From NCBI GenBank assembly GCA_003971905.1, contig RSEE01000056.1, forward strand, positions 62,001-126,000: 64,000 nt of DNA. The letters are read 5' to 3'. This document shows positions 26,901-38,593 of the stretch, piece by piece. A program made the translations under genes and the position numbers. The stretch's first letter is position 1; each line of letters starts with the position of its first letter. The notes below the pieces were generated by a model. The model did not search any database. It was not told where the DNA came from and worked only from the letters and a program-made list of their open reading frames with translations. Origin of the DNA: Moniliella sp. 'wahieum' (lineage: Eukaryota).

Positions 26901-27789
26901 TTTAGCGTCAAAAAAATGGACACAGAGAATGAACAGGAATAGTCTGAAAAAGGATGGCTGTCATGAACATATTATACATTTATTTGCACTTGAATGGTCG
27001 GTCCGTGAGGGTGGGGTGTATTCCAAACATGTCATGCTTCCAAACCTAGTTTTCGAAAAGCAAGCCTAGCATTGGAAGAAGGAAAAAAAAGTAAAGGTGA
27101 CGCTCGCAAAATGTCCATCCGTTATTCATGGTTCAATGAACAATGTCACCTCCCCATCTCGTTGGCTGGAGCCATCCCGGCTCAAGCCAAATGGAACAAA
27201 TTTACAACGCATGGCGTCAACGTCACATGAGATTTCTTGCTCTATTACTCGTTGAAGAAGTACAAAATAATCCAGTATAATCAGCATGGGGTGTTAAAGG
27301 CAACCGTTGTTCTATGTCCAGCCTTATTGGCTTTGCATGGGTTCGCTCAACAGATCAGTACTGTTTGGCAGATATAGACAGGAGATGCCGACCTGGTGTG
27401 ACTCACGCCTTCCGCATCTGGTCTTGTTTTTCTTGCGTCACCCGAAAGCTTTGACATTTTTATTCCTACCATTGCCTGGCATCCCCATTCTCTCTCGTCA
27501 TGGCTCCAAACAGCAAAATTGCTTCTCTTTACGATGGCTGTACCGTTCCACGTGGTCCACAATTTGATTCAGAAAATGACGAGATCTCTGGTATATTCCT
27601 TTGCACTCATCGAATGTGCCCGCCTTTCATGTCCAAAATGCATCAATGGATATGAGGAAAGAGAAATCGAGACGTCGATTGAAGGGCAAAAGGGCGGAAG
27701 CAGGGCGTGCGGTTGGCCGTATCCGACCGACGGGGATACATCACACATCCAAACTAAACTTTACCACGGGAACCCCAGAGACCCGTGAA

Positions 27790-28661
27790 AGCCGATAGAG
27801 GCCCGTCCGCTTGACCCAACAATAGAGGACGCTCCCAGATTCAAGTCAGTTAAATCGTGGCTGGCAAACCCGCCAGCGCAATTAGCACTAGTTCTAGTAG
27901 TACGTATCCTCACAACGATAGTCGCATCTCACCTAAGTGAATTGGGGGCCACTTCATGGCCACCCAATTGTCAGCATCTTTCTTTCCAACGACAGTTTGC
28001 CACGAGCCCGTTTACCTTAGCTTTCTAGGTTGCCCGTGTGCCAACCGCCCTCCCTGTTTTCCCTTGGTCCCTCGCTCTTCCTCTATTACGTTGTTTCCCT
28101 TTTAGTCGCTGTCTGTTAGCACTGTTTCGTAGTTTTCCCGGGCCACCGTCCATTGGCGTCTCCCCCTAGTACTGTCAACGAAATTGTTGAACTCAGTACA
28201 GGCACACAACTCCTCTTACAGTTAGTTGCTCCTCCGACTCCTGTCTTCGTTCTCCAGCTCCCATCTTCGGCCCTCCGTCCCTCAGACAACCCGTCCAGGT
28301 GCCACGCCGAATGCCAACAGCCTAGCTCAGTTCAGCCACTTGTGTTCCCTCTTCCAGCCACTCCGCCCCCAATCCCAGGACAGCTCTAGTCCGGCAGTGT
28401 TGATCCTCCGCTACCACTCCTCATCCCTGAACCCAAAGGCTTCAGACCACTGGCTACTGCTATCCAAGCCGGAGCTACTCAGCTTTGCCACACTTGTAGC
28501 CGTTCTACTATACGCCGAGAGACTGCTCCTTGTCCCTAGCCCCGCTCGGACCCACCAACCAGCCCAAGCGCGTAACTAGTACCGTGAGTCGACTTTAGGA
28601 CCTCTAAGGGATTGTACCCCTTAACCCCCTGGGCAGGCCCTCGGCGGCGCCGGCCCGTGAA
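27790..28661 (-). mobile_element. LTR-family copy 3 (diverged; left boundary approximate)
   Basis: Reverse complement begins TCACGGGCCGGCGCCGC...GGGGTACAATCCCTTAG...GTCGACTCACGGTA...GGCTGGTTGGTGGGTCCGAGCGGGGCTAGGGAC, matching the start of copy 1. Confidence 0.72.
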
Positions 28662-28677
28662 AGTTACGGGTTAGAGA

Positions 28678-29604
28678 GTTACGGGCTACTTCAGATCTGA
28701 GATGGTCTGATCCAAGCTAAGGTCCACCTACTACTCTACACAAGAGCCCAGTAGAGCGTACGCCGAAGTCCAACCACAAGCCGTTTGATGAGGGTTGGTT
28801 AAGCCATATACGGTTGCCCGATCGAGGGGAGGCGCATCCGCGCGACTATAGTTAGCCCCAGCTGAAGTCGAAGTCGGTTGGCCTAAATGAGGCCACCGAC
28901 AAGTTTCCGGTATCTTTGCGACGGCTGTCGCCCCGTCACCCCTTACTTTATCTTTTTCTCCGTTGCGCCTGCGGCAACCAACCCCTCTTTTGACATGTCT
29001 TCCTTTTTACCCCCTAAAGTGTCCGTTCTCCCTTTTGATGTAGCTGTACCCCTGGTTAGTGGTGATCATTTTCCCCACCTTCCACTCTCCGCCCTTCCCG
29101 CCTTTCATGTCCAACTCCTGCTCGTTTCCAGCCAATGGATTCAGTACAGGCAACCTCGTCTGCGCTTGTTGCCTCCTCATCTTCCGACCTCGTCCTCCAG
29201 CTTTCCATCCGCCCAGTCGGGCGAGCCTTCCTTCAGCCGCGTCGAGTCCCTGTACCTTCGCGTGGGTTCTTTTCCAGCCACGTCAACTGTAGCTTCCACT
29301 GTTGAGCCCCCAGCACTGGCAGTGTTTGTCATCTACTGTTCCTCTCTACTACCCATCCTCAAGCCTCGGAGGTATCAGACAAGTTACTATACGGCCTAAA
29401 CAGGAGTGCATACGCAGCCTTGTCACACGTACAGCCGCCTCGGCTTCAATCATGCCCAAAGGTTTCTCTCTCCTCGTCTCTAGATCCGCTCAGATATACC
29501 AACTAACCCAATCCGAAACTGCCGTAAGTTGTCCTTCCGTTTCCTAAAAGGGATTATACTCCACAAACCTGGGCGGCCCCCACTGGCGGGGCCCGCCCCT
29601 GAGG
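28678..29604 (-). mobile_element. LTR-family copy 4
   Basis: Reverse complement matches both ends of copies 1 and 2: start TCAGGGGCGGGCCCCGCC...TATAATCCCTTTTAGG, internal GAAGACATGTCAAAAGAGGGGTTGGTTGCCGCAGGCGC, end TAGCTTGGATCAGACCATCTCAGATC..GTAGCCCGTAAC. Confidence 0.8.
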
Positions 29605-30789
29605 CAAGCGGCAAAGATCACTGATCATCTCTCAAAGAAAAGTACATGCTAGGGAATCCTGAAGGAATGTAGATATTCGGGGCACAAAGGGCAGCAATCA
29701 AGTTGTGATGGTGAAGCAAAAAAAAACTTGTAGATAGGAACCATGCAACCACCGTCGACCCCCGGCGCGAATTGATGGCAATGTGCCCAGCGGGCCATCT
29801 GAAAGGTGCAAAAGGCGCGCGTCGTGACTATCGTTGTGGTCACATGTTGCTGTAATAACATCGCAGTGCACAAAAGAACAAGCTGTATTCGCAGGGGCGA
29901 GGGGTGACTGAATCTGAGGTATGGCCCCAAGTGTTGGGTATACATTGGCTGAAGCGTGGAATTAGCTTTTCATTTTTGGTAACAGCCATGCGCCAACGTA
30001 TATGGAGGTGTGAAGGCAGAAATACGCATTTCGAGGGAAAGATGGAGCGTCAGTCGACAAGCAAGGGTCGCGTTAGAGCCAGAGATGTCGCTGAAGTACA
30101 CTTTCCTACATTATGCCTGTCCACAACAAATCTAAGCTGGTGGGCGAAGCTGAAGCGGTTAATAGGTTCCAGCCAACGTATTACGAATCCTTGGATTTAG
30201 CTCAAGCATCCTTGTCTATTCATCCCCTTCCCCTCACACTCGCAAAAATCATCCCCGTGTCCATACATGTGGGTAACAAGCATGCTCGGGGGCACAAAGA
30301 GACGGCAGTTAAGGTCCAGCATTCGGATGAGGAAGGGAGATGTGGTTGCAAAGGCCCCGGGCCTCTATCTTAATCCTCATGGCGTATCCATCGTTTCACA
30401 GATGAAAGAATGATGATCACGGGAATCATCAGTGGGGTTTGTGGAGGCGTTTTACGCGATACGCGTACACCTTGATCTGATGCGCTTCCAGGTACATCCC
30501 GCTTCCTTCGATAACAGCCCCTGTTCCCACCCTAACCGCAGGCATCGAACGTCAGCAATTAGTTCATGTCTATAAAGACGGTTCTTTTGGCAACCGCAAC
30601 ACTGCTGTCCAGGCTGAGACTGGTCAGTCCAAGATGATGGCCTTCTTCAATATGTTGGAAGAACGCAAGAGTGCTGTTTGAGATCCTTGGATTCATATCT
30701 CAAGCGTTTCCCTTCACAGAGCGAGCGCGATCGAGGATGTACGCGTGGGCAAAACAGTTAAAAGGCAGAAAGGGGCTCCTTTGAAGCCA

Positions 30790-31487
30790 TCAGCTCCTCG
30801 GTTGCCTTGCATCCTTCGGTATATCTTGCACTACCGTATCATCCTTGCCAGTTCGCAGAGCGTCGAGCTTAGAGAGTGTTGCAGTCGTCTGCCACGCAAA
30901 CAGTCAATCTCCCACCCAATATACACATTCACGTGGCGACCTACCAATTCCATCACTGCTTGGATCGAGGCCACTTTGTCCTTTTGTCGGTCCGCTCGCC
31001 TACAGCCCTCACAAAGTCAGTTATATGCGCACACAGAGCCACCTCGTAGAGAAACGCGTACTTGTCCAACTGCTTGATCCGGGTACTAATGTAACTCCGG
31101 GCTTTAGCCTGGCTCATGGGGAGGTACAGGCCGCCTAAACCGAGCGACACGAGCACTTCGCTTGCGGCGTTGCTGAGGTAGAGTTAATAACTTACATCTC
31201 CGAGCAGAGCAAGAAAGAACGTACTACCTCGTCGGCACTTCAATGCCGCTCTCAAGCACTTGAGAGCCATGGACAAAGGCCTCTTCTTCGGTATTGCGGT
31301 GCATGCGTTGTCGCACCTCAACCAGGTGGTCGGCCACCGCAACGTACGCATCCCGCTCGGCCTCGGTCTCAGCCAAGGCTTTCTTCTCCGCAACCAGGTC
31401 TGGCTGAAGACGATTTCGCACAAAATCTTGCGCTTTGCTCATCTCGGCATCCGTTACGGGCCGGTCGTCCAGCTGGTCGGACGACAT
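30790..31487 (-). CDS. Prefoldin alpha-like protein (UXT-like); about three introns
   Basis: Coiled coil AQDFVRNRLQPDLVAEKKAL, hairpin VLVSLGLGGLYLPMSQAKARSYISTRIKQLDK resembling the prefoldin-alpha xVxIGLGFYxEMTxxEAxxFIxKRI pattern, second coiled coil RADRQKDKVASIQAVMEL; GT-AG introns join the pieces. Confidence 0.7.
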
Positions 31488-31785
31488 GGTGATGGTGGTT
31501 GAGCTGAGCCCGAATGGTTTTGATGCTTGATGGGGACATGCGGGCCGCACTGGTTACTGGTTACGTCACATGATGTGTGTGTTCAACATTGCAAAAGTGG
31601 GCACTCGCTTTTTTTCGCTTGTTGCAAGAAACACTTATCAAGAGGCCCAATGAGGTACTGAAGGAGCTGGATTGGCACAAAAGGTATACTATGGTTGCGG
31701 CGGCAATGGCCACCCTGACGGTGGTTGGAACATGATAGTGATGCATCCAAAACAAGAGTAGTGACAAGGACGGCGACATTGGAAA

Positions 31786-33026
31786 TCAGGCGGGAGTCAG
31801 CGGCTCAGGTGCAGGTGGCTGGGCCTCTTGCGGACCAAAGTTATCCACCACCTGGGATCCCTCAGGGAGTGCAAGTTCACCCTTGTCAAGCATATCTTGC
31901 AGGTACCCAACAGTGGGAATGGTCTGGGACCAAATATGGTCCCCCACAACTAGAGGCCGATACTTGCGTTGGATCTCTTGGTCCTTAGGAGCGTGGAGAG
32001 GTTGGAATGTGGTGTGGTAGTCTGGAGCCCAAAAGAGCGGGAAAGAAAACCGCTCTTGCTGGCCCATTGGTCGAACACGATGCCGGGTTGCGACATACTT
32101 GCCTCCAGACAAGAGTTCGGTCATGTCCCCAATATTGAGAACGAGCGTGCCTGGGCGTGGCGGAGCATCCACCCACTGGCCCTGGCCGTTGAGAACCTCC
32201 AACCCTGGCTGTTCTGACAGGAGAAGTGTCAAACACTCAAAGTCTGAGTGGGCCTGCATGCCCATCTCTTCGTTGGCCGGATCAAAATCGGGGAGAGCGG
32301 GTAGTGCAACAAGCGCAAGCTGGCAGGTGGGGCGGCTTGGGAGCTCATGTAATCCAAAGCGTTAGGGGGTAGGCCGAGGCTCATCCCCAGCGCTTGCCAC
32401 AGGCGGTGGCCCAGATGATATACCGCGTTGTAATAGTCCATCACTCTCTTGCGGAAGAGGGGAACGTCCTCTTCGCGAGGCCACAGGTTGCGGCCCAAAA
32501 GAGGTGTTGGGCTTGTACGAGAGGGGTGAGTAGAAGGGATCTCATATCCCACATCAAACGCTTCCTTGATATCCCCAATCGGACGGTCGCTGGAGCGAAA
32601 TTCGTCTCGGGGCTGGTAACCCTTGTGACTGGGGAATGACTTGCCAATGTAGGCCTCCATGCGCTTAGCTTCGTCCAGTGCGTAAAAGTCTTTGGCGGCC
32701 GATTGGAGTCCATGGATAAGCTCAGGGGAGATGCCATGGCCGGCAATGTAGGTGAATCCAACCCGCTCGGCTACAGCACCAAGTTCATCCGCCACCCTCT
32801 GTTGCTCAGTCAGGTCGGGAGAGAACAGTCCACTGACATTGAGGGTAGGAATCGAATTGAAGTCGCCATGCTTGTTCGTCCGCTCGTGTTGTGGACTCCG
32901 AAAAGTCGAGGACAAGGGGGTAGTGTAGTGTCGGGCGCGCACCTGACAACGGGGAAGGAGCGCGCTGGAAACAGGAAAGGGCAAGGCTTGGGCAGTGGAA
33001 AGTATAGGAAAGGGTGTGGTGGTCAT
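31786..33026 (-). CDS. 2-oxoglutarate/Fe(II)-dependent dioxygenase, isopenicillin N synthase-like family; no intron seen; frameshift near 32290
   Basis: IPTLNVSGL, VGFTYIAGHGI, DIKEAFD, LLGRNLWP, LRLLHYP, iron ligands AHSD and ATRHRV, 2OG-binding RFS. Confidence 0.9.
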
Positions 33027-35317
33027 GCTGGGAACCTTCCCTGTCCCCACGCCCGTCGGGCATGGAGGGCAGAGGAGAAAGACAAGCTGTTGCGTGTTGC
33101 GGCAGCCGATCGGGCGGCAATCATGGTCTAGGCATGTGGTGGTCGAGGATGTGGATGAGGAGTTGAGGTCGCAAGGGAATGGAAGAACACGGAGGTAGCA
33201 AGATAACCCACTGTTGGTCGAGTTATTTATCAAAACTCTAAGCCAATTGTGCCGGCCAGAGAGAGTTGGCTTTTGCCCACAGCCTACGAGTAATCCTTAC
33301 ACTCAGTGTACTCACTCAGTTCTTATCGTGACGCGTGACGCCTGATGGATCACGGTGATCGATCACGCGGAGCACGGACTGCCGCCCTCCGCCAAACAAC
33401 CCACAGTCAGTTGCAGAAACGACATGTGTAAGGGGGCCCTCTCCAGTCCCTTTCCGGCGGCTCTACTAATCAATGTTCAATGCAGTCGTGCAACCTGCTG
33501 GGTGTGTACGCTTGCAACCAATCCGGATGATCCCTCCCCGGGCCTCTACGCTCAACGTGTTCAACCACGCGTTCATCATCGATCTCTAGCTGATCCCAGC
33601 TTCACTTGAGCACGTGTGATCGACGCGCCGCCGGGTTTATTATATTCCGCCCGCGAAAGCCGAACGGCTGGGGCCTGCTGAGATCTGAGACGCTGAGGGA
33701 GCGAGGGCTCAGGCTTCGGAGCGATCAGACGAACCCGACGTGGCTGGCATTGAGTAAGTGCACAATCGCTAGTAACTTTCGGACAAAGCTTTGGCTTGCA
33801 CTCCCAGCGACCAGCCCAGTCTAGTGAGTATCTTGGCAGCTCTCAGATCTCAGATCTCAGCCTGATCCGATCTTTGAGGATCTTGCTGACTGATGTAATG
33901 CGTCTCTGTCTGCTTCTGTGGAAGATCTTTGGAATGGACTGGTAACTGGTAACTGTGGAAATGATTATTGTGATGCAGATGATGCATGCATGGTGTGAAT
34001 GAGTATGAAGCTGCATGATACATGCTTGTTGATGTGTATTGGATGGACGACATAGCCGAACATGGGCGCACCAACTGGGTGTGGTCTGGGCGGCGTTGCT
34101 CTCGCTCATAGTATGTCTGCCCGGTTTAGGAGGGACAGATGCGGGATGCAAGCTGTGGTCACCTTAATTTTGCCTGCGCCCCTCAACGAGTCAAAATCGT
34201 CAGGATGGGCATTGTCTGTAGCGTGGATTCAACATCTTCGTCGGCACCCCCTTGTCCCCTATCTCTTGATATATCAACCTCGAATTCAATTAACTCGTCA
34301 AAAAGCCCTCGGGGAAGAAGCGAGAATCGCTCTTCTCAATACATAGAGGAGAATGGTCGAGGCCCAATGACTGTGGTTCTAGACGTGCTCTACACAGTGC
34401 AAGACCCAAGTCAAGCATGCAAAGCGAGTAGCGAGATGACGCGATGACGGCATCACCTTGATGCATCTGCATCATCCCGTCAGTACAGCATCAGTTTTAA
34501 TGAGACACCAAACTTTCTCGCGAAGGCAACGCATATACGTGCTGCTGGATCATGATTGTGTGGAGTAAATCGGTACATGAGAGTGGTGGTTGTCGGTGTC
34601 GCGACCGTCCGGCAGGCTGTTGTAGCGACGTGTCCTGGTCCACTCGGCTTTAGAGACCGCAAAATGGATGCTGAAGCGTTTGTTGAGCCAGGTGGCTCGT
34701 GCTTTGGCCAATGTCCCTTCAGTTCCTCCTCACGCCTAGGAGTTCCGTTGTTTTTCTCTCTCCTGTTTTTTCCTTGTTCCGCAGCTTAGCCCTGGTGGCG
34801 ACTCGCTGCTTGATGATCCTCAGTAGGCGTTGCTGGTTGGCTTAGACCACCACCACCACCACCACCACCACTAGTGCGATTGCATCACCCTCGAGGACCA
34901 TCTGGACTCCAGGTCTCATCAGCGTTTAGGACAGTAGCATAGGCGATCGATTGCGGGCGAGAGATAGACGTTGGTGGTAGGAAGCAGGACAAGGGCTACA
35001 GGAGAAGGCTACCAGTCGTTGGCTTACACGGATACGCGCGCATCTGCGCAGCAGTCCTCGGAGCCCGCACAACCTCGGGGCTAATGAGGCCGGAAGTGCA
35101 CACCGCGATCGCTGAAGCCAGTTCACCGTCGCGACACTGTGCGATATCCAAGTCCGATTTGTGCCTCCCCCCTTGAAAAGAGCGCCCGTGGGAACTGTGA
35201 GAACACTACTTCGTACTTAGCTGTGAGCGTGCCAGAAAGATTCCGGATGTGGGGCAAAGAAAGAGGACCAGGTGGCCTCAACGATCTCATCGCCGCCCTC
35301 ATCGCTCAGGTTAGCAT

Positions 35318-35470
35318 GTGAACGTGTGAACATTGAACACGCTGAACATTGAACTTGAACTTGAACGTTGAACGTACGTGTTGAACGTTGAACGTTGAAC
35401 CCTCCTTTCGTGATTTGTAAGTGATGCGAGCAGATTTGACTTGCGGAACGTTCAAGTTCAACTTGAACCT
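35318..35470. repeat. Degenerate 6-7 bp repeat (TTGAACG/TTGAAC)n
   Basis: gaacattgaacttgaacttgaacgttgaacgtacgtgttgaacgttgaacgttgaac, followed by inverse ttcaag/ttcaac copies. Confidence 0.8.
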
Positions 35471-36159
35471 TGAAGGAGTGGAGGCCGAATGAACGTGGAA
35501 ACTCCGCCCCAGTGGGAAAAAGAATGTTTGGTTCCACAGAGGACCAAGTCAGGTCGTAGGTTAGTGTTCCTGTGGTCTTCTCAACCACCACCTTCACCAA
35601 CTGGACTTAGTTCAACGTCCAACCTCAACTCGCCCGCATGGCCCTTAACATCTTTCTTCCATTTCCTCTTATTTCTGGGCTTGGTTGTTACCTCACCCCG
35701 TGCGATGAGCCCTGCCGAGAGACACGTCACTGTTCACTAGTCACAGCAGCAACCCTTGCCAATTCAGGACTCTGCAGCTATTCGGTGCGCAGATGGATCC
35801 GGGAAACGCAAGGAAGACCAACCGAGCCTCCTGTACGCATTATGCTGCCCTGTCGATTCCAGCGGGGGGGCATAAGAAAGGTCTGCCAACAGCTTTTCTT
35901 TCCTTCTCTTGCCAATGCATTCCTGCATCCCTCTTCAATCAGTAGAGTCGTCTCGAGACGCCTTCTCTTCAACACTAGGCTGTAGACAGTCCCCTTAGCG
36001 TATGTTTGGTCCAGTCGATGCATCCCTCGAATGCACTGGGTTGCACTCTTCCATCTAGAGCGTGAGGTTTCTAATGTTCCCCCTAGTGGGCGATTGTGAA
36101 GTAAAGTACAAAAATGCATCCCTTCCCCTCTGTCCCCCCCCCCCCTCCTTTGCCCACTC

Positions 36160-37916
36160 TCACACAGGTGGGCAACGAATACGAATGCGAACCGGTTGTT
36201 TATTCGGCTGCTGGGCGAGAAGTTGGAGACAGCACGCAAAGTCGGCGAGACCCACTCTGCCCATTCGGATCTGTCAGCCTGATCCTGGTTCTGGGGTAAC
36301 ATGTAACAAGAGGGCAACGTACAGGCTTACTGCCGAGACACATACCACTTCCCAGTACCGTTCAGTGATGGCACTAGGGTCAAGCGGCTGGGCCTTCTCG
36401 GGAGGCAGAATCTCGGGGTTAGAAAGATCGTGGGATTGGGCGAGGCTGCTGCTTTCAGGGGCAGAAGACTCAGACGGCAGAGGGGCGGGGCGGGGTGGAT
36501 CTTCCGTACCCCCATTATCTGGGACAGGGTCATTCGCTTGAGACGATTGCTTGGCCTGAGTTGGCTCATTCTCCTCGGCCTTCTGAGCGGCATCTGAGAG
36601 TTGAGCTGGTCCATCCGTATTGGCCGGCTCCTCCGCCTTGGCTGGTTCCTCCGCCTTGGCTGGTTCCTCCGCCTTGGCCGGTTCCTCCGCCTTGGCCGGT
36701 TCCTCCGCCTTGGCCGGTTCCTCCGCCTTGGCCGTTCCTCCGCCTTGGCCGGTTCCTCCGCCTTGGCCGGTTCCTCCGCCTTGGCCGGTTCCTCCGCCTT
36801 GGCCGGTTCCTCCGCCTTGGCCGGCTCCTCCTTCTCGGTCGGCTCCTCCGTCTGGGCCAGTTCCTCGGTCTGAGGCTCGGGGCGACATCCGAAATCTGGG
36901 CTGGGGCATCACCCTCTGCCGGTTGCTGGGACTTGGTAGTCTTCGTATCGAGGGCATGGGGTGTGGAACTGTTAGATGCGTGAGCAGAAATGGGTTGGGA
37001 GGATCCCAGTCCCGGACTGGACGAAGTCCCATCTGCAGGCACCGAAGGAGAGGGGACCAAGGAATCTGGACCTTGTGAGTCGGTCAGGTCGAGGGGGAGA
37101 GTCTCAGGCGCAGGGATGACATGAGCAAAGTGTTGAGCAAACCACGTGCGCACCGATTCTTCAATTGGTCCAAAGGGCTTCCTGTGGCAGTGGGCTCAAG
37201 GTGCGTGCCATCCTGTACCTCGGTGGGGGGGGTAGCGCTGCCAAGTGGGAGAGTGTCCACCTTGCTCACTGCGATGAGGACAGGTTTGTTGCGCAACGAG
37301 GGGTCGGAGAGGATGTGCGCTAGAGCGAGCAAAGGAGCGGATACGTTTGATTGGGGGGGTTAGGCCGGTGCTAGATGGTTCCATGGGAGCGAGCGAGGGA
37401 AGAAGCGGAGGGGGGGGGGCGGGGGGGGACGTACCAAGTTGGGACCAAGTTTGCTCAGCCTCGGGAGAGGGGAGGAAAACGGGCTGATGCGGGTGTGGAC
37501 TGTGGTTAGCCCAGAGCGATCCATCAACCACAAAGACGAGTGCGTCTGCGTCGGGGTAGTACCGAGGCCAGGGGTGGGCAAGTCAGCGGACGCGCCCCAA
37601 GTCCCAAAACTTGAGTTTGCCACGCCGCTTGGGCGGGGAGGCGAACCACCCGCGCTGTGCGGCGGCGGCTGCGGTGGCTGCGTGGACTTGGTCCATGAGA
37701 TGTGGGGGTAGCGGCAGAGGCAGTGGGACCTCTGTCACGCTCTGTCCCAAGGTGGGTCGGAGAGAGTGGATGGGCAAACCAGGTTTGCCCGCGACGGCGC
37801 GGTTGATGCTGGCCAGCAGAGCGCTTTTGCCCGCGCCAGCGCGACCAATGACGACTACCCGGTAAGGGTCGACGTGGGTCCATTCCTCGTACAGCCCACT
37901 GAAGAGGGTGTAGCAT
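36160..37916 (-). CDS. Divergent Arf-like GTPase, Arl3/ARFRP1-like, with large low-complexity insertions; frameshifted; 3' end uncertain
   Basis: N-terminus YTLFSGLYEEWTHVDPYRVVVIG (ARFRP1-type), G1 GRAGAGKS, PTLGQ, KLKFWDLG, WPRYYPDADALVFVVDGS, LRNKPVLIAVSKVD, WEVVCVSAV. Confidence 0.7.
36620..36870 (-). repeat. Coding minisatellite, 18-bp unit (+ strand TTGGCCGGTTCCTCCGCC), 11 conserved and 3 degenerate units, encoding (AEEPAK)n
   Basis: Units counted directly; unit 7 (36728-36744) is 17 bp and causes the apparent frame switch. Confidence 0.95.
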
Positions 37917-38274
37917 GCCAGGCAATGGAGGCTAGGCCGCAGGGATGGCGGCGGAGGACAGAGGGACGAGGCACGGGGGGAAGCAGAAGGTGGTGGTGGA
38001 GCGTGGCGGCGCCACCCCACCGGCCAGCATAACGCGGGATCGCTGATGAAATCGACGGCTGATGCGCTAATCATCTAATCATTCAATTTCTCAGACCCTC
38101 ACGCAGAGCCTCACCCGCACATGTCAAACGCCCAGCTTCAAGCTCCAAGCTTCACAGGCAGTCAGTTTGACTTGCCTGGCGAGCGGCCGCACAACGCACA
38201 ACGCTGTCATGATTCTTTCTTACATTACATGGTCTCTGCCACACCCACACCCACACCAACTCCCACTCTCTCGC

Positions 38275-38391
38275 ACATGGGCAAGAGCCAGTTCCTAGAG
38301 ACAAGAGAGAGCATGTGGGCACCCGCCAATTCCTAGAGACAAGAGAGAACAGAACATGTGGGCAAGCGCCAGTTCCTAGAGACAAGAGAGA
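38275..38391. repeat. Three direct repeats of ~38-43 bp (CATGTGGGCAAGCGCCAGTTCCTAGAGACAAGAGAGA)
   Basis: Core TTCCTAGAGACAAGAGAGA is identical in three copies; lies between the PYC 3' end and the GTPase start. Confidence 0.9.
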
Positions 38392-38593
38392 AATCCGATT
38401 CGTTGTGGCGCCGAGCCAGCGTAGGTAGATCTAGATGTAGATGCAAGGGAGACAGAAGAGAGAAGAACGACGAGACGAGAGCAGCAAGGTAAACTGGTAA
38501 ACTAGTAAACTCGAGCCGAACCCTACAGGCCTAACGTTGAGTGTTGAACGTTGAGTTTACTCGTGTTTGCGTGTGCGTCTCGAGTGGTTCAAA

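Noticed and set aside
23116..29604. Full-length LTR retrotransposon bounded by the LTR copies
   Set aside because: Flanking copies are in opposite orientation and diverged, and no gag, RT or integrase motifs were seen between them
36495..37153. ORFs with (WPVPPP)n, (GRFLRL)n, (GQGGGT)n or (RRRNRP)n repeats
   Set aside because: Alternative frames of the same 18-bp minisatellite; the AEEPAK frame is the one that continues into the GTPase C-terminus
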